Below are positions 29,201-36,865 of a stretch of DNA of 64,000 nucleotides, in pieces. The stretch is taken from the IMG/VR virus record IMGVR_UViG_3300020183_000013, positions 73,576-137,575 of that record; one strand, 5' to 3'. The position numbers and the translations under genes are program-made. The stretch is from a virus. Below the pieces are notes generated by a model. That model did not search any database and was not told where the DNA came from. It saw only the letters and a list, made by a program, of their open reading frames with translations. Position 1 is the first letter of the stretch. Each line of letters starts with the position of its first letter.

Positions 29201-30842
29201 CAGTGGTAGTGGATATCAAGTTGGTGATGTTCTTACTGTAACTCAATTAGGTATAACTTCACTAGGAAAGAATCTAAGACTTTCTGTTGGTGCAGTAAAC
29301 GCCTTCAATGAACTTATTATTGATCAAGTTCAAGGAACATTTGCCACGGGAACTGGTGTTGGTAATACTATCAAGTATTATAATAATTCTGGTTCTCTAG
29401 TTGAACTAAATGCTTCAGTTGGAGGAAATGTTACTCTTACTTCTCCAGTAGTAACTGTAGATGATGGATTACATTTCAGAGTGAAACATCTCAATCACGG
29501 AATGCACTCCTCCTTAAATTATGTTACTTTAACAAACATTCTTCCAGATTCTTCGCCAACAACATCAACTGCAGATATTTCTGCAACATTCACTGGACCA
29601 TTGCAGATAGCAAGTTCTACAAACTTTACAACTTTTGAAGGTGTTGGTGTAGGGACAACAAACCCCGGATATGCTCTTATTGGTAATGAAATTGTAAAGT
29701 ATACCTCAGTAACAGGAAACACCATTAACGTTGTTTCTAGAGGAATTGATTCTACGACGACTGAAGAGCATCTAAGTGGTAGTTTTGTTTATAAGTATGA
29801 ACTCAATGGAGTTTCTCTACTAAGAATTAACAAAACTCACAGACTTCAAGATGCAACCATATCTGTTCCTGTTGGATTAGATTACTATTCACTCAGAATA
29901 GACAATACTGGTTCAACACAAGGTGCAAAAGTTATTACCAATAGAAGTGGAAGTGGTGTCAATGATATTAGTCCAGTTCTTAGATTTGCTATAACTAAGT
30001 CTGATGGGGGAACAAATGTAAAAGCAACTCAAAATATGCCTTTTGAAGTTCTTACTCCAATTGTTCAGACATTTGTTCCTAATCAAACAAATATTGATGC
30101 TACAGTAAGAACTGTATCTGGAAAGAGTATTTCTGGTTCAGAAATCTCATTTGTAGATGAAGGTTATCAACAGGTTTCTCTAAATGGTTTGAATTATTTT
30201 GATTCACCTAGAATTATTTGCTCCAAAGTTAATGAGGATAATCTTCTTGGACTTCTCCCAGGAAACAAGTCCTTCAATATGATTTTATCTTTAAGAACTT
30301 TTGACCCAAGACTATCACCAATTATTGATACTACAAGAGTAAGTGTAATCACTACCTCCAACAGAATTAACCAGATTGTTGCTGATGATGAATATAATAC
30401 TGATGGAAGAATTAATTCACTAACAACTGATCCATCAGCGTTTTTATATGTTTCCAAGCCAATTAGATTGGAAACACCTGCAACATCTATAAAACTATAT
30501 GTAAATGCTGATGTTAATGTTTACTCTGATATAAGAGCACTTTATTCTATAGACTCTGAGGAAAATCCAAATCCAATCTTTATACCTTTCCCTGGATATA
30601 ATAATTTGAATAATCTTTTAGAGACTCTTGATCCTTCTCAAAGTGATGGAAGACCAGACACATTTGTCTCAAAGAATAGCAGTCTTCTTTTTGAAACTCC
30701 AATCGAAGGATACCGAGAGTATGAGTTCACTGTAAATAATCTTCCTGGATTTAGATACTATAGAATTAAATTGATTATGACTTCAACAAATCAGGCATAC
30801 GTTCCAAAAGTTAAAGATATAAGAGCCATTGCTCTGGCATAA
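23250..30842 (+). CDS. VrlC-like / DUF4815 large virion structural protein
   Basis: NLNVSPYFDDF..YYKVLFKPGYPIQARELTTLQS, APGADRLKI, RFKSGFFVDNF, DPLAQSF, GSLFKSQNASTW. Confidence 0.85.
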   Translation: MPQQTNLNVSPYFDDFHQPDIGGKDKGYYKVLFKPGYPIQARELTTLQSLIQNQIERFGDHIFKEGAKVIPGQTTYIGQYNAVEINNTFLGTEVSSYISYLVGKRVRGETSGVRAQVENYLISVDSERGNATLYVSYLNSGTSDNAVSSFVDGENLILEETISLSNIILLENEPFASTIPTNSTSLGSAFKVSEGVYYLRGYFVAVDTQTIILDQYTNKPDYRIGFTVLEEIVTSDVDEYLTDNAQGFNNYAAPGADRLKITAVLDKKGLDELNVDNFIEIAQIQRGVVRNVPNDTQYNLINDKFAKRTFEESGDYYVQRFDVTCTESLDDGLGNNGIYKEGSLTYQGNVPSEDLLVYKVSPGKAYIRGYEVEVQAPTFLDAPKPRTKKSSGTQSLQYSTGPTLKLNKVFGGPTIGVGNTYFVELRSDRIGVDSSVGAGDTIGIARVFDYALESGSYNASNLALNEWEISLYDIQSFTKVTLNEPITLSVPTYVEGKASGAVGYLYQNVSNSKSLNLYNVNGEFFDNESFRFNGIEKSHISVATTSYGLKDVRSIRGVNSSGKVFSGDCIPSDFLVVGIASISAATPAGISTVTIPSLNYVNSFQVGNYVKFTNTSNTRGLPNFAKVDSIISDTQATKLTISGITTVTGVCEGFPPTSNISVSDFTLIGTKLDASSDNTLFTALSNQNVSNVDLTESNLVIRKNQTVNITSNSTDILTAGTNETFLPFDEERYSLVRSDGIIEPLGAEKFERSADGKTIKFYNLSVASDTGANLITTLKKINVTSKIKRKNRVNTLIVSKSNLSSSGIGTTTRNDGLDYGAGLYPYGTRVQDKEICLNVPDIIGVYGIFESYDTSDPSAPRVVLSSLTTPSTKNTELIIGEKFVGQTSGAQAICAEKITGSDNEISFIYLNDLSFIPDEVVKFEESGYGGVVSSINISSKNITKSYTFDNGQKETFYDYGKIIRTEDSLEPQKKIKVYFENAYFDTQDTGDITTANSYELFDYRTEVPYFNGIRSTDILDIRPRVSDYTVSSGARSPFEFNGRVFTQTGNSSTNILASDEDITLSYDYYLPRIDRIFLSRDGKFSIQQGIPDDIPNSPQSVDESLEIAKIALPPFLYETKKATVTSFSYKRYQMSDIAKLETRIKNLEYYSTLSLLETDTSNLFISDANGLNRFKSGFFVDNFSSLATQETRIGIRNSIDPFRGELRPSHYTNAIDLLIGTKGTVGLGVTSNEDFVNLRKEDIQGTNITKVGDIICLDYSEVEWLNQPYATRVENVTPYIISFWEGTIELNPSSDIWIDTVRIEPKTIQIEGDYLATLNQLSQTAGVNPQTGIGPVIWGSWTTLGFGTPRWVDARPASQGGTPESIATLARFGGWGPGVGPGGTLLGPKQWIGASDEFNRNGTIPTGGLYVQVVDAIRQRVGTQTIVREVFESKSLGDAVVSVDLIPYMRSRNVQFTAKRFRPNSRVYAFFDGRDVNDLCFSKLLQITMSSGTFQIGETVVAYPANVNLNTQPSTNSEIRFRVAKSNHKYGPFNDPSDIYTTNPYNTNQTIPATYSSTSTILNIDTASLATQSQGQYFGIVKTGYNLKGLISGATATVVNTQLVTDNIGTIIGSFFIPNPNVTSNPKFDVGLKTFKLTSIANNNPIPGEALSSGEEKFLSTGTVQTVQEKIVSVRNARVETTTTTQTETSGAFTGLYIDPLAQSFACDDVTGVFLTKVDVYFKTKDSQLPVTCQIRTVELGTPTRTVLPFSEVVLEPDKVNLSNDGSVATTFTFESPVYLEGRQEYAIVLLSNSTSYTVWISRLGEVDIRTASGPESSQVIVSTQPTLGSLFKSQNASTWTPSQFEDLKFKLYRAEFVTTPGTVNFYNPILNEGNAQIPTLTRNPLDLISCKVRVGLGSTIQDSSLTIGNRILQPSTNATGVYVGAVGLATNLSIINAGVGYTPATDGITYTNASLTSVTGSGRNATANITIVNGVAVAATINSSGSGYQVGDVLTVTQLGITSLGKNLRLSVGAVNAFNELIIDQVQGTFATGTGVGNTIKYYNNSGSLVELNASVGGNVTLTSPVVTVDDGLHFRVKHLNHGMHSSLNYVTLTNILPDSSPTTSTADISATFTGPLQIASSTNFTTFEGVGVGTTNPGYALIGNEIVKYTSVTGNTINVVSRGIDSTTTEEHLSGSFVYKYELNGVSLLRINKTHRLQDATISVPVGLDYYSLRIDNTGSTQGAKVITNRSGSGVNDISPVLRFAITKSDGGTNVKATQNMPFEVLTPIVQTFVPNQTNIDATVRTVSGKSISGSEISFVDEGYQQVSLNGLNYFDSPRIICSKVNEDNLLGLLPGNKSFNMILSLRTFDPRLSPIIDTTRVSVITTSNRINQIVADDEYNTDGRINSLTTDPSAFLYVSKPIRLETPATSIKLYVNADVNVYSDIRALYSIDSEENPNPIFIPFPGYNNLNNLLETLDPSQSDGRPDTFVSKNSSLLFETPIEGYREYEFTVNNLPGFRYYRIKLIMTSTNQAYVPKVKDIRAIALA

Positions 30843-30846
30843 GACT

Positions 30847-31068
30847 ATGAATAACTACATTCCACTAAAAGAGAATTCAAATCTTTTAAGAGATCCTGAA
30901 ACAAATGCTATTTTGAATACAAACAAAACTGAATATAATAATTATATTGCTATGAAAAATCGAAAGAATGAACAGAATGAAAAAATGGTTGAAATGGAAC
31001 AAGAAATGATTAATATTAAAAATGATTTGAATGAAATAAAAGACTTATTGAGGAAGATAGCACAATGA
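30847..31068 (+). CDS. Small coiled-coil hypothetical protein
   Basis: LLRDPETNAILNTN..EY..Y and a heptad C-terminus; ATG 30847 preferred over the track start. Confidence 0.75.
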   Translation: MNNYIPLKENSNLLRDPETNAILNTNKTEYNNYIAMKNRKNEQNEKMVEMEQEMINIKNDLNEIKDLLRKIAQ

Positions 31069-31229
31069 ACCCAGATGACATAGATCTTGAAAACATTACA
31101 AAAATGTTTGAATATGAAAAACACGCTAGGAATATAGATAGTATAGATGATATTGAAGTACTAAGAAATTTTTCTAAAATGTACATTAAATTATACCTAA
31201 AACAACAAGAAACTATATCTAAACTCTAA
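31065..31229 (+). CDS. Small helical protein, possibly NblA-like (54 aa, not in ORF track)
   Basis: MNPDDIDLENITKMFEYEKHARNIDSIDDIEVLRNFSKMYIKLYLKQQETISKL*; ATGA and TAATG coupling on both sides. Confidence 0.6.
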   Translation: MNPDDIDLENITKMFEYEKHARNIDSIDDIEVLRNFSKMYIKLYLKQQETISKL

Positions 31230-32059
31230 TGGCACAACCATCTACAAGACAAGAATTAATTGACTATTGTTTAAGAAAACTGGGAGCTCCAGTTTTAGAA
31301 ATAAATGTCGCTGATGAACAGATTGATGATCTTGTAGATGATGCCATTCAATTTTTCCAAGAAAGGCATTTTGATGGTGTCTATCAAACATACTTAAAGT
31401 ATCAAATAACCCAAGAAGACATCGATAGAGGGCGTGCTAAGGGCATCTCTGGTGTCGGAGTTGCTTCTACTTCCGCTACTGCAGGAATAGGAACTTTCAG
31501 TTACTATGAAAATAGTAATTACTTACAAGTTCCTCCTCACGTAATTGGAGTAAATAAAATTTATTCTTTTGAAGGATCCAACTCAATTTCGAGTGGAATG
31601 TTCAGCATTAAGTATCAGTTATTCTTGAACGATATTTACTACTGGGGATCTACTGAACTTTTAACATATTCTATGGTTAAAAGATATCTTGAAGATATTG
31701 ATTTTCTTCTAACTACTCAAAAGCAAATTAGATTTAATAAGAGACAGGACAGACTTTACCTCGATATTGATTGGGCAAGTCTTGCTGTTGGACAATATAT
31801 TGTTATTGATTGTTATAGAATGTTGGATCCGAGCGATTATTCAAGAGTTTGGAATGATTCTTTCTTAAAACCTTATCTCACTTCATTAATTAAGAGACAA
31901 TGGGGTCAGAATTTAATCAAATTCCAAGGTGTTAAACTTCCAGGTGGTGTTGAATTAAATGGAAGACAATTATTCGATGATGCACAAAGAGAAATTGATA
32001 CTTTGATGGAGAAAATGTCTTCTACTTACGAACTTCCACCTCTGGATATGATAGGATAA
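31229..32059 (+). CDS. gp13: Neck protein gp13
   Basis: LIDYCLRKLGAPVLEINV, KRQWGQNLIKF.GVKLPGG. Confidence 0.93.
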   Translation: MAQPSTRQELIDYCLRKLGAPVLEINVADEQIDDLVDDAIQFFQERHFDGVYQTYLKYQITQEDIDRGRAKGISGVGVASTSATAGIGTFSYYENSNYLQVPPHVIGVNKIYSFEGSNSISSGMFSIKYQLFLNDIYYWGSTELLTYSMVKRYLEDIDFLLTTQKQIRFNKRQDRLYLDIDWASLAVGQYIVIDCYRMLDPSDYSRVWNDSFLKPYLTSLIKRQWGQNLIKFQGVKLPGGVELNGRQLFDDAQREIDTLMEKMSSTYELPPLDMIG

Positions 32060-32063
32060 AAAT

Positions 32064-33491
32064 ATGTTAAATCCATTTTTTCTCCAAGGTTCAGGTTCAG
32101 AACAAGGTCTAATCCAAGATCTTATAAATGAACATCTCAAAATCTATGGTGTTGATGTCTATTATCTCCCAAGACAATACGCAACTGAAAAGAAAGTTAT
32201 TGAAGAGGTAATAGAGTCACAGTTTAGTTTTGCATATCCAATTGAGGCATATGTTGATTCATATGAGGGATATAGTGGCCAAGGAACAATATTATCAAAG
32301 TTTGGTATTCAAGAACTTGATGATCTCACATTGATTCTTTCAAAAGAGAGATTTGAAAATTATATATCGGTTTTGATTAAAAATCTTCCCGATGCAAAAC
32401 TAACAACTAGACCAAAAGAAGGAGATCTAATTTATTTTCCTCTAGGAAATAAAATATTTGAAATTAAATATGTTGAGCACGAAAAACCATTCTACCAACT
32501 GAAGAAAAACTATGTTTATGAATTGACCTGTGAACTCTTTAGATATGAAGATGAAGTCATTGATACTGGTGTTGACTTTATTGATAATCCTAATGCTGTA
32601 GGTGATGGTGATGGAAGCGGAGATAATTTTGGAGACAGAGGTCAATATGCTAATCTACAAATTTTACAACTGGTTGGTATTGGAATAACTGCAACCGCAA
32701 CATCTGCTATCGTAAATGGTGGTGTTAGATTTGTAAATATCACTAATAGAGGATCTGGTTATACAACTCCACCAAAAGTTGCTTTCTCTTCTGCACCAAG
32801 TGGAGGAGTTACTGCTGTTGGAATTGCAACTCTACTTACAGGTATTGTGGACTTGTGTGAGGGAGATCAAAATCTGGGTAGGGTACAAGGAGTTCAGTTG
32901 ATAAATGCTGGAGCAGGTTATACTGTTGCACCTAGAGTTACATTTATTGGTGGCGGTGGATCAGGAGCAGCTGCTACAACAGTAATTGGAAATGGCATTG
33001 TAGGAATTATCACAGTAACAAACGGAGGGTCTGGATATTTGGTTCCTCCAACAGTTACTGTTACTGGAATTTCTTCAATTCAAGCGACTGTTGTTGCATC
33101 AATCAGTGGTGCTGGAATAGTAACCTCTATTAGAATTACAAATTCCGGTTTGGGATATACTACTGCACCAACTATTACAATTTCTTCTCCAAACGTCGTC
33201 GTTGGTTATGGTACATATATTTACAATGAAGTGGTGGTAGGAAGTTCTAGTAGTGTTACTGGTAGAGTTAAATCTTGGAACTCTACTACAAAAATTCTGG
33301 AAGTTTCTACAATCTCTGGTTCATTTGCAGCTGGAGAAAATATAACTGGACAAGACTCTGGCGCGGTTTACAGTCTGAGAAGTATAAATACGTACAACGT
33401 TGAGGACAAGTTCGCTCAAAACAGCGACATAGAAACGATAGGTGATAGTATAATGGATTTTACAGAGTCCAATCCTTTCGGAAATCCTTAA
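32064..33491 (+). CDS. gp14: Neck protein gp14 with inserted repeat domain
   Basis: EQ.LIQDLINE.LKIYG.DVYYLPR, RPKEGDLIYFP, DFTESNPFG. Confidence 0.9.
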   Translation: MLNPFFLQGSGSEQGLIQDLINEHLKIYGVDVYYLPRQYATEKKVIEEVIESQFSFAYPIEAYVDSYEGYSGQGTILSKFGIQELDDLTLILSKERFENYISVLIKNLPDAKLTTRPKEGDLIYFPLGNKIFEIKYVEHEKPFYQLKKNYVYELTCELFRYEDEVIDTGVDFIDNPNAVGDGDGSGDNFGDRGQYANLQILQLVGIGITATATSAIVNGGVRFVNITNRGSGYTTPPKVAFSSAPSGGVTAVGIATLLTGIVDLCEGDQNLGRVQGVQLINAGAGYTVAPRVTFIGGGGSGAAATTVIGNGIVGIITVTNGGSGYLVPPTVTVTGISSIQATVVASISGAGIVTSIRITNSGLGYTTAPTITISSPNVVVGYGTYIYNEVVVGSSSSVTGRVKSWNSTTKILEVSTISGSFAAGENITGQDSGAVYSLRSINTYNVEDKFAQNSDIETIGDSIMDFTESNPFGNP

Positions 33492-33524
33492 GTTGTTAAA
33501 TAGTATACATCGTTTAGTGTAAAA

Positions 33525-34529
33525 ATGTTTGAATATTTTTATCACGAGATATTAAGAAAAACTATAATATCATTTGGAAATCTTTTCAATGATATCTCGA
33601 TTAAAAAGAAAAATGATAATAACGATGTATTTTCTGTAATCAAGGTTCCTCTTGCATACGGACCTACTCAAAAGTTTCTTGCAAGACTTGAGCAACAACC
33701 TGAATTAAATAAACCAATTCAAATAACTCTGCCAAGAATGTCATTTGAATTTGTTGGTTTAACATATGATCCTACTAGAAAGGTAACAACAACTCAAACT
33801 TTTTTATCAAAGTCTGTCACCGACTCTACAGACGTAAGAAAAACATATATGCCAGTTCCATATAATATGGAATTTGAACTGAGCATTATGTGCAAAATTA
33901 ATGATGATATGTTGCAAATTATAGAACAAATAGTTCCATATTTTCAACCATCTTATAACTTAACTGTTAACTTAATTGAGTCTATTGGAGAAAAAAGAGA
34001 CATACCTGTAGTGCTTGATAACATCTCAATGCAAGATGATTATGAAGGAAATTTTACAACTAGAAGAGTACTCATTTATACATTAAGATTTACTGCAAAG
34101 ACATATCTTTTTGGACCCGTATCTTCCAGTGTATCTACAGATATTATCAAAAAGGTTTCTCTTGGATTTGTTTCTGGAGATTCTCAATCAACAACGAGAG
34201 ATCTTACATATTCGCAAGAATCAGTTGCAGCAAAGAGTTACACTAATAACGTTGTAACTACTTTGGCTGCCGACGTTTTAGTTGCAGATGGAACAATTTC
34301 TGTACAAAACTCTTCATCAATTTCAGTTAATTCACATATTACTTTAGATAATGAAACTCTTAAAATAACTAATAAAAATGGAAATATATTAACAGTTGAG
34401 AGGGGTTCTTATAGTACCAATATATCAGATCACGTTTCTGGAACTCAGGTTATGTTAATAACGAGTGCGGACACCGATCTAATAGAACTAGGGGACGATT
34501 TTGGATTTAGTGGAATTTCTTTTGAGTGA
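33525..34529 (+). CDS. gp15: Tail sheath stabilizer / terminator gp15
   Basis: YFYHEILRKTIISFG.LFN, KVPLAYGP.QKFLARL, LPRMSFE. Confidence 0.92.
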   Translation: MFEYFYHEILRKTIISFGNLFNDISIKKKNDNNDVFSVIKVPLAYGPTQKFLARLEQQPELNKPIQITLPRMSFEFVGLTYDPTRKVTTTQTFLSKSVTDSTDVRKTYMPVPYNMEFELSIMCKINDDMLQIIEQIVPYFQPSYNLTVNLIESIGEKRDIPVVLDNISMQDDYEGNFTTRRVLIYTLRFTAKTYLFGPVSSSVSTDIIKKVSLGFVSGDSQSTTRDLTYSQESVAAKSYTNNVVTTLAADVLVADGTISVQNSSSISVNSHITLDNETLKITNKNGNILTVERGSYSTNISDHVSGTQVMLITSADTDLIELGDDFGFSGISFE

Positions 34530-34535
34530 TAATTT

Positions 34536-34979
34536 ATGTCTAAAAATTTTGATAAGTTAAATGAGGTTTTCAACGTTGAAACCGAGATTATAGAATCTAA
34601 TATTGATCTTACTAAAAAGGAAGATCAACCACAAAATATCAATAGTTCTATTAGTGATATAAAAAAGGATTATGAATACACTAGAGGAAATCTATATTCA
34701 ATTATAGAAAAAGGTCAAGAAGCAATAAATGGTATTTTAGAACTTGCACAAGAAACTGAGCAAGCAAGGGCTTATGAAGTTGCCGGTCAATTAATTAAAA
34801 ACGTTGCTGATGCAACAGAAAAGTTGATGGATCTTCAAAAGAAACTAAAGGATATTGAAGAGGTTAAACAAGTTAGTGGTCCAACAAACGTCACTAATGC
34901 TCTTTTTGTAGGTTCAACCGCAGAATTGTCTAAATTATTAAAAGCCCAAAAAGGAAATGTGAAAAATGAAAACGTTTAG
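34536..34979 (+). CDS. gp16: Terminase small subunit gp16
   Basis: DYEYTRGNLY, ARAYEVAGQLIK, NALFVGSTAEL. Confidence 0.92.
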   Translation: MSKNFDKLNEVFNVETEIIESNIDLTKKEDQPQNINSSISDIKKDYEYTRGNLYSIIEKGQEAINGILELAQETEQARAYEVAGQLIKNVADATEKLMDLQKKLKDIEEVKQVSGPTNVTNALFVGSTAELSKLLKAQKGNVKNENV

Positions 34980-35121
34980 GCAATTTCAAGAAGATTGGGG
35001 TAATAAATATAAGAAGAGTATTGATTGCTCCAATCCTAAAGGGTTTTCTCAACGCGCTCATTGTGCGGCAAGAAAAAAGAGAGCAAAGGGCGAAGAAACT
35101 AAGTCAAAACCAGTTAAATGA
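34966..35121 (+). CDS. Small basic protein with capsid-targeting-like N-terminus (51 aa, not in ORF track)
   Basis: MKTFRQFQE-DWGNKYKKSIDCSNPKGFSQRAHCAARKKR..; overlaps both neighbouring genes. Confidence 0.7.
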   Translation: MKTFRQFQEDWGNKYKKSIDCSNPKGFSQRAHCAARKKRAKGEETKSKPVK

Positions 35122-36848
35122 ACGAACAATTTAAGCCATTTAAAACAGTTGAAGAAATTGCTGAGAAGCATCGCCTAGATGTTTCTTTCATTGAGAAGCA
35201 ACTCAAAATGGGTGAACCTATTGAGCACGAGCATACAAAAGATCACAAATTGGCAAGAGAAATTGCTCTTCAACATTTGGATGAAATATCAGATTATTAT
35301 ACAAGATTGAAAAAAATGGAAGCGGATGCTAAAAAGCATCACAAAAAATTTAAGGATGTTAAAGTCAATGAAGACTTACGAGACTGGTTTTCAAAATCTC
35401 ACCCAGAGGGAAATTGGAGAAGGTTTAATTCTAAAGGTGAAGCAATCGGACCTTGTGCCCGTGAGCCTGGAGAATCAAAACCAAAGTGTTTATCAAATGA
35501 AAAGGCTGCAAAGATGTCAAAGAGTCAAATTGCTTCCGCCGTAAGAAGAAAAAGAGAAGAAGACCCAGTAGCAGACCGTAAAGAAAAAGGAGGAAAACCA
35601 AAAATGGTTTCTAATAAAATTTCTGAAGAACTTAATCACGAGGAAGAAAGATATTGTCCTCTGTGTGATAAAAGGGAAACAAGATATCAATGTTCTTATG
35701 GCGAAAAAACTTGGGATAAAATTTCTATAAAAGATGAAGAGTACTCTATGGTTAGAGGAGAACTCAAAACTCTTATGGATGCTGTTAAGAGAATAAATTC
35801 TAGAGTTTCTAAAGGTGAAGGAAATTTAGAAGCGTGGGTTCAATCAAAAATTACGAAAGCAACAGATTATCTTGACACTGCCGCAGATTATCTCAACAGT
35901 GGTGAAGCGGAATTTCAGGAATCTTGTTGGGTAGGATATAAGCAAGTTGGAATGAAAAAGAAAGGTAAGAGAGTTGTTCCAAATTGTGTAAAAGAGGAAG
36001 ATATTCCATTAGCAGAGAAGATTCTTCTTGAGATTGAAGCAGAATCTCTGAGTGAAGAGAACAAACCAACTAATCCCGCATTATGGTCAAGAGCAAAATC
36101 TCTTGCAAAGAAAAAGTTTGATGTTTATCCAAGTGCATATGCCAATGGATGGGCTTCAAAGTGGTATAAGTCGAAAGGTGGTGGTTGGAAATCTGCAAAT
36201 GAAAGTGTAACCATTGAAGATGCAAATGGAAATACTTTTGCAGAAATCATTGATATCATTAAACCAGAACCTCTTGTTGCAGAAGCAACCAGACTTCAAG
36301 CACAGACTGGAAATGTTATTGCCGTAACTCTTCAATGGAGAGGAAAGTACTACGCTCTTCGTATGTTCTTTTCTCAATCAAAACTTCCAACCAGAAAAGA
36401 AGTTACTGATGAATTGCAAAAGGTATACCCAGGTTCTGTAGTTGTTCATCACTCAGTATCAGAGCTCACACAAGGACAACCATTAATTCAAGTTGGTCTA
36501 CAAGGTGGAAGTTCTGCAAAACCAGGACCAAATAAAAATTATGTAAAACCAATGGGTGAAGAAGTTGAAATTGATGAAGATTGGCAGTCGGTAAATCGTA
36601 AAGATAAAACTGATGGTCTGAGTCAAAAAGCAGTAAATGCTTATCGCAAAGAAAACCCAGGATCAAAATTAAAAACAGCAGTTACAAAAGATCCGTCAGA
36701 ACTTAAAAAAGGATCAAAGGATGCAAATCGTCGCAAATCTTTTTGCTCAAGAATGAGTGGAATGAAAAAGAGACTAACTAGCGCAGAAACTGCACGAGAT
36801 CCAGATTCAAGAATCAATAAAGCTTTGCGTCGTTGGAATTGTAATTAA
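35118..36848 (+). CDS. Modular putative head-internal (poly)protein
   Basis: Chain of short basic or Cys-containing modules separated by hydrophobic-x-E junctions; lies between gp16 and gp17. Confidence 0.7.
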   Translation: MNEQFKPFKTVEEIAEKHRLDVSFIEKQLKMGEPIEHEHTKDHKLAREIALQHLDEISDYYTRLKKMEADAKKHHKKFKDVKVNEDLRDWFSKSHPEGNWRRFNSKGEAIGPCAREPGESKPKCLSNEKAAKMSKSQIASAVRRKREEDPVADRKEKGGKPKMVSNKISEELNHEEERYCPLCDKRETRYQCSYGEKTWDKISIKDEEYSMVRGELKTLMDAVKRINSRVSKGEGNLEAWVQSKITKATDYLDTAADYLNSGEAEFQESCWVGYKQVGMKKKGKRVVPNCVKEEDIPLAEKILLEIEAESLSEENKPTNPALWSRAKSLAKKKFDVYPSAYANGWASKWYKSKGGGWKSANESVTIEDANGNTFAEIIDIIKPEPLVAEATRLQAQTGNVIAVTLQWRGKYYALRMFFSQSKLPTRKEVTDELQKVYPGSVVVHHSVSELTQGQPLIQVGLQGGSSAKPGPNKNYVKPMGEEVEIDEDWQSVNRKDKTDGLSQKAVNAYRKENPGSKLKTAVTKDPSELKKGSKDANRRKSFCSRMSGMKKRLTSAETARDPDSRINKALRRWNCN

Positions 36849-36865
36849 TTTTTTAGGTCTTTATT

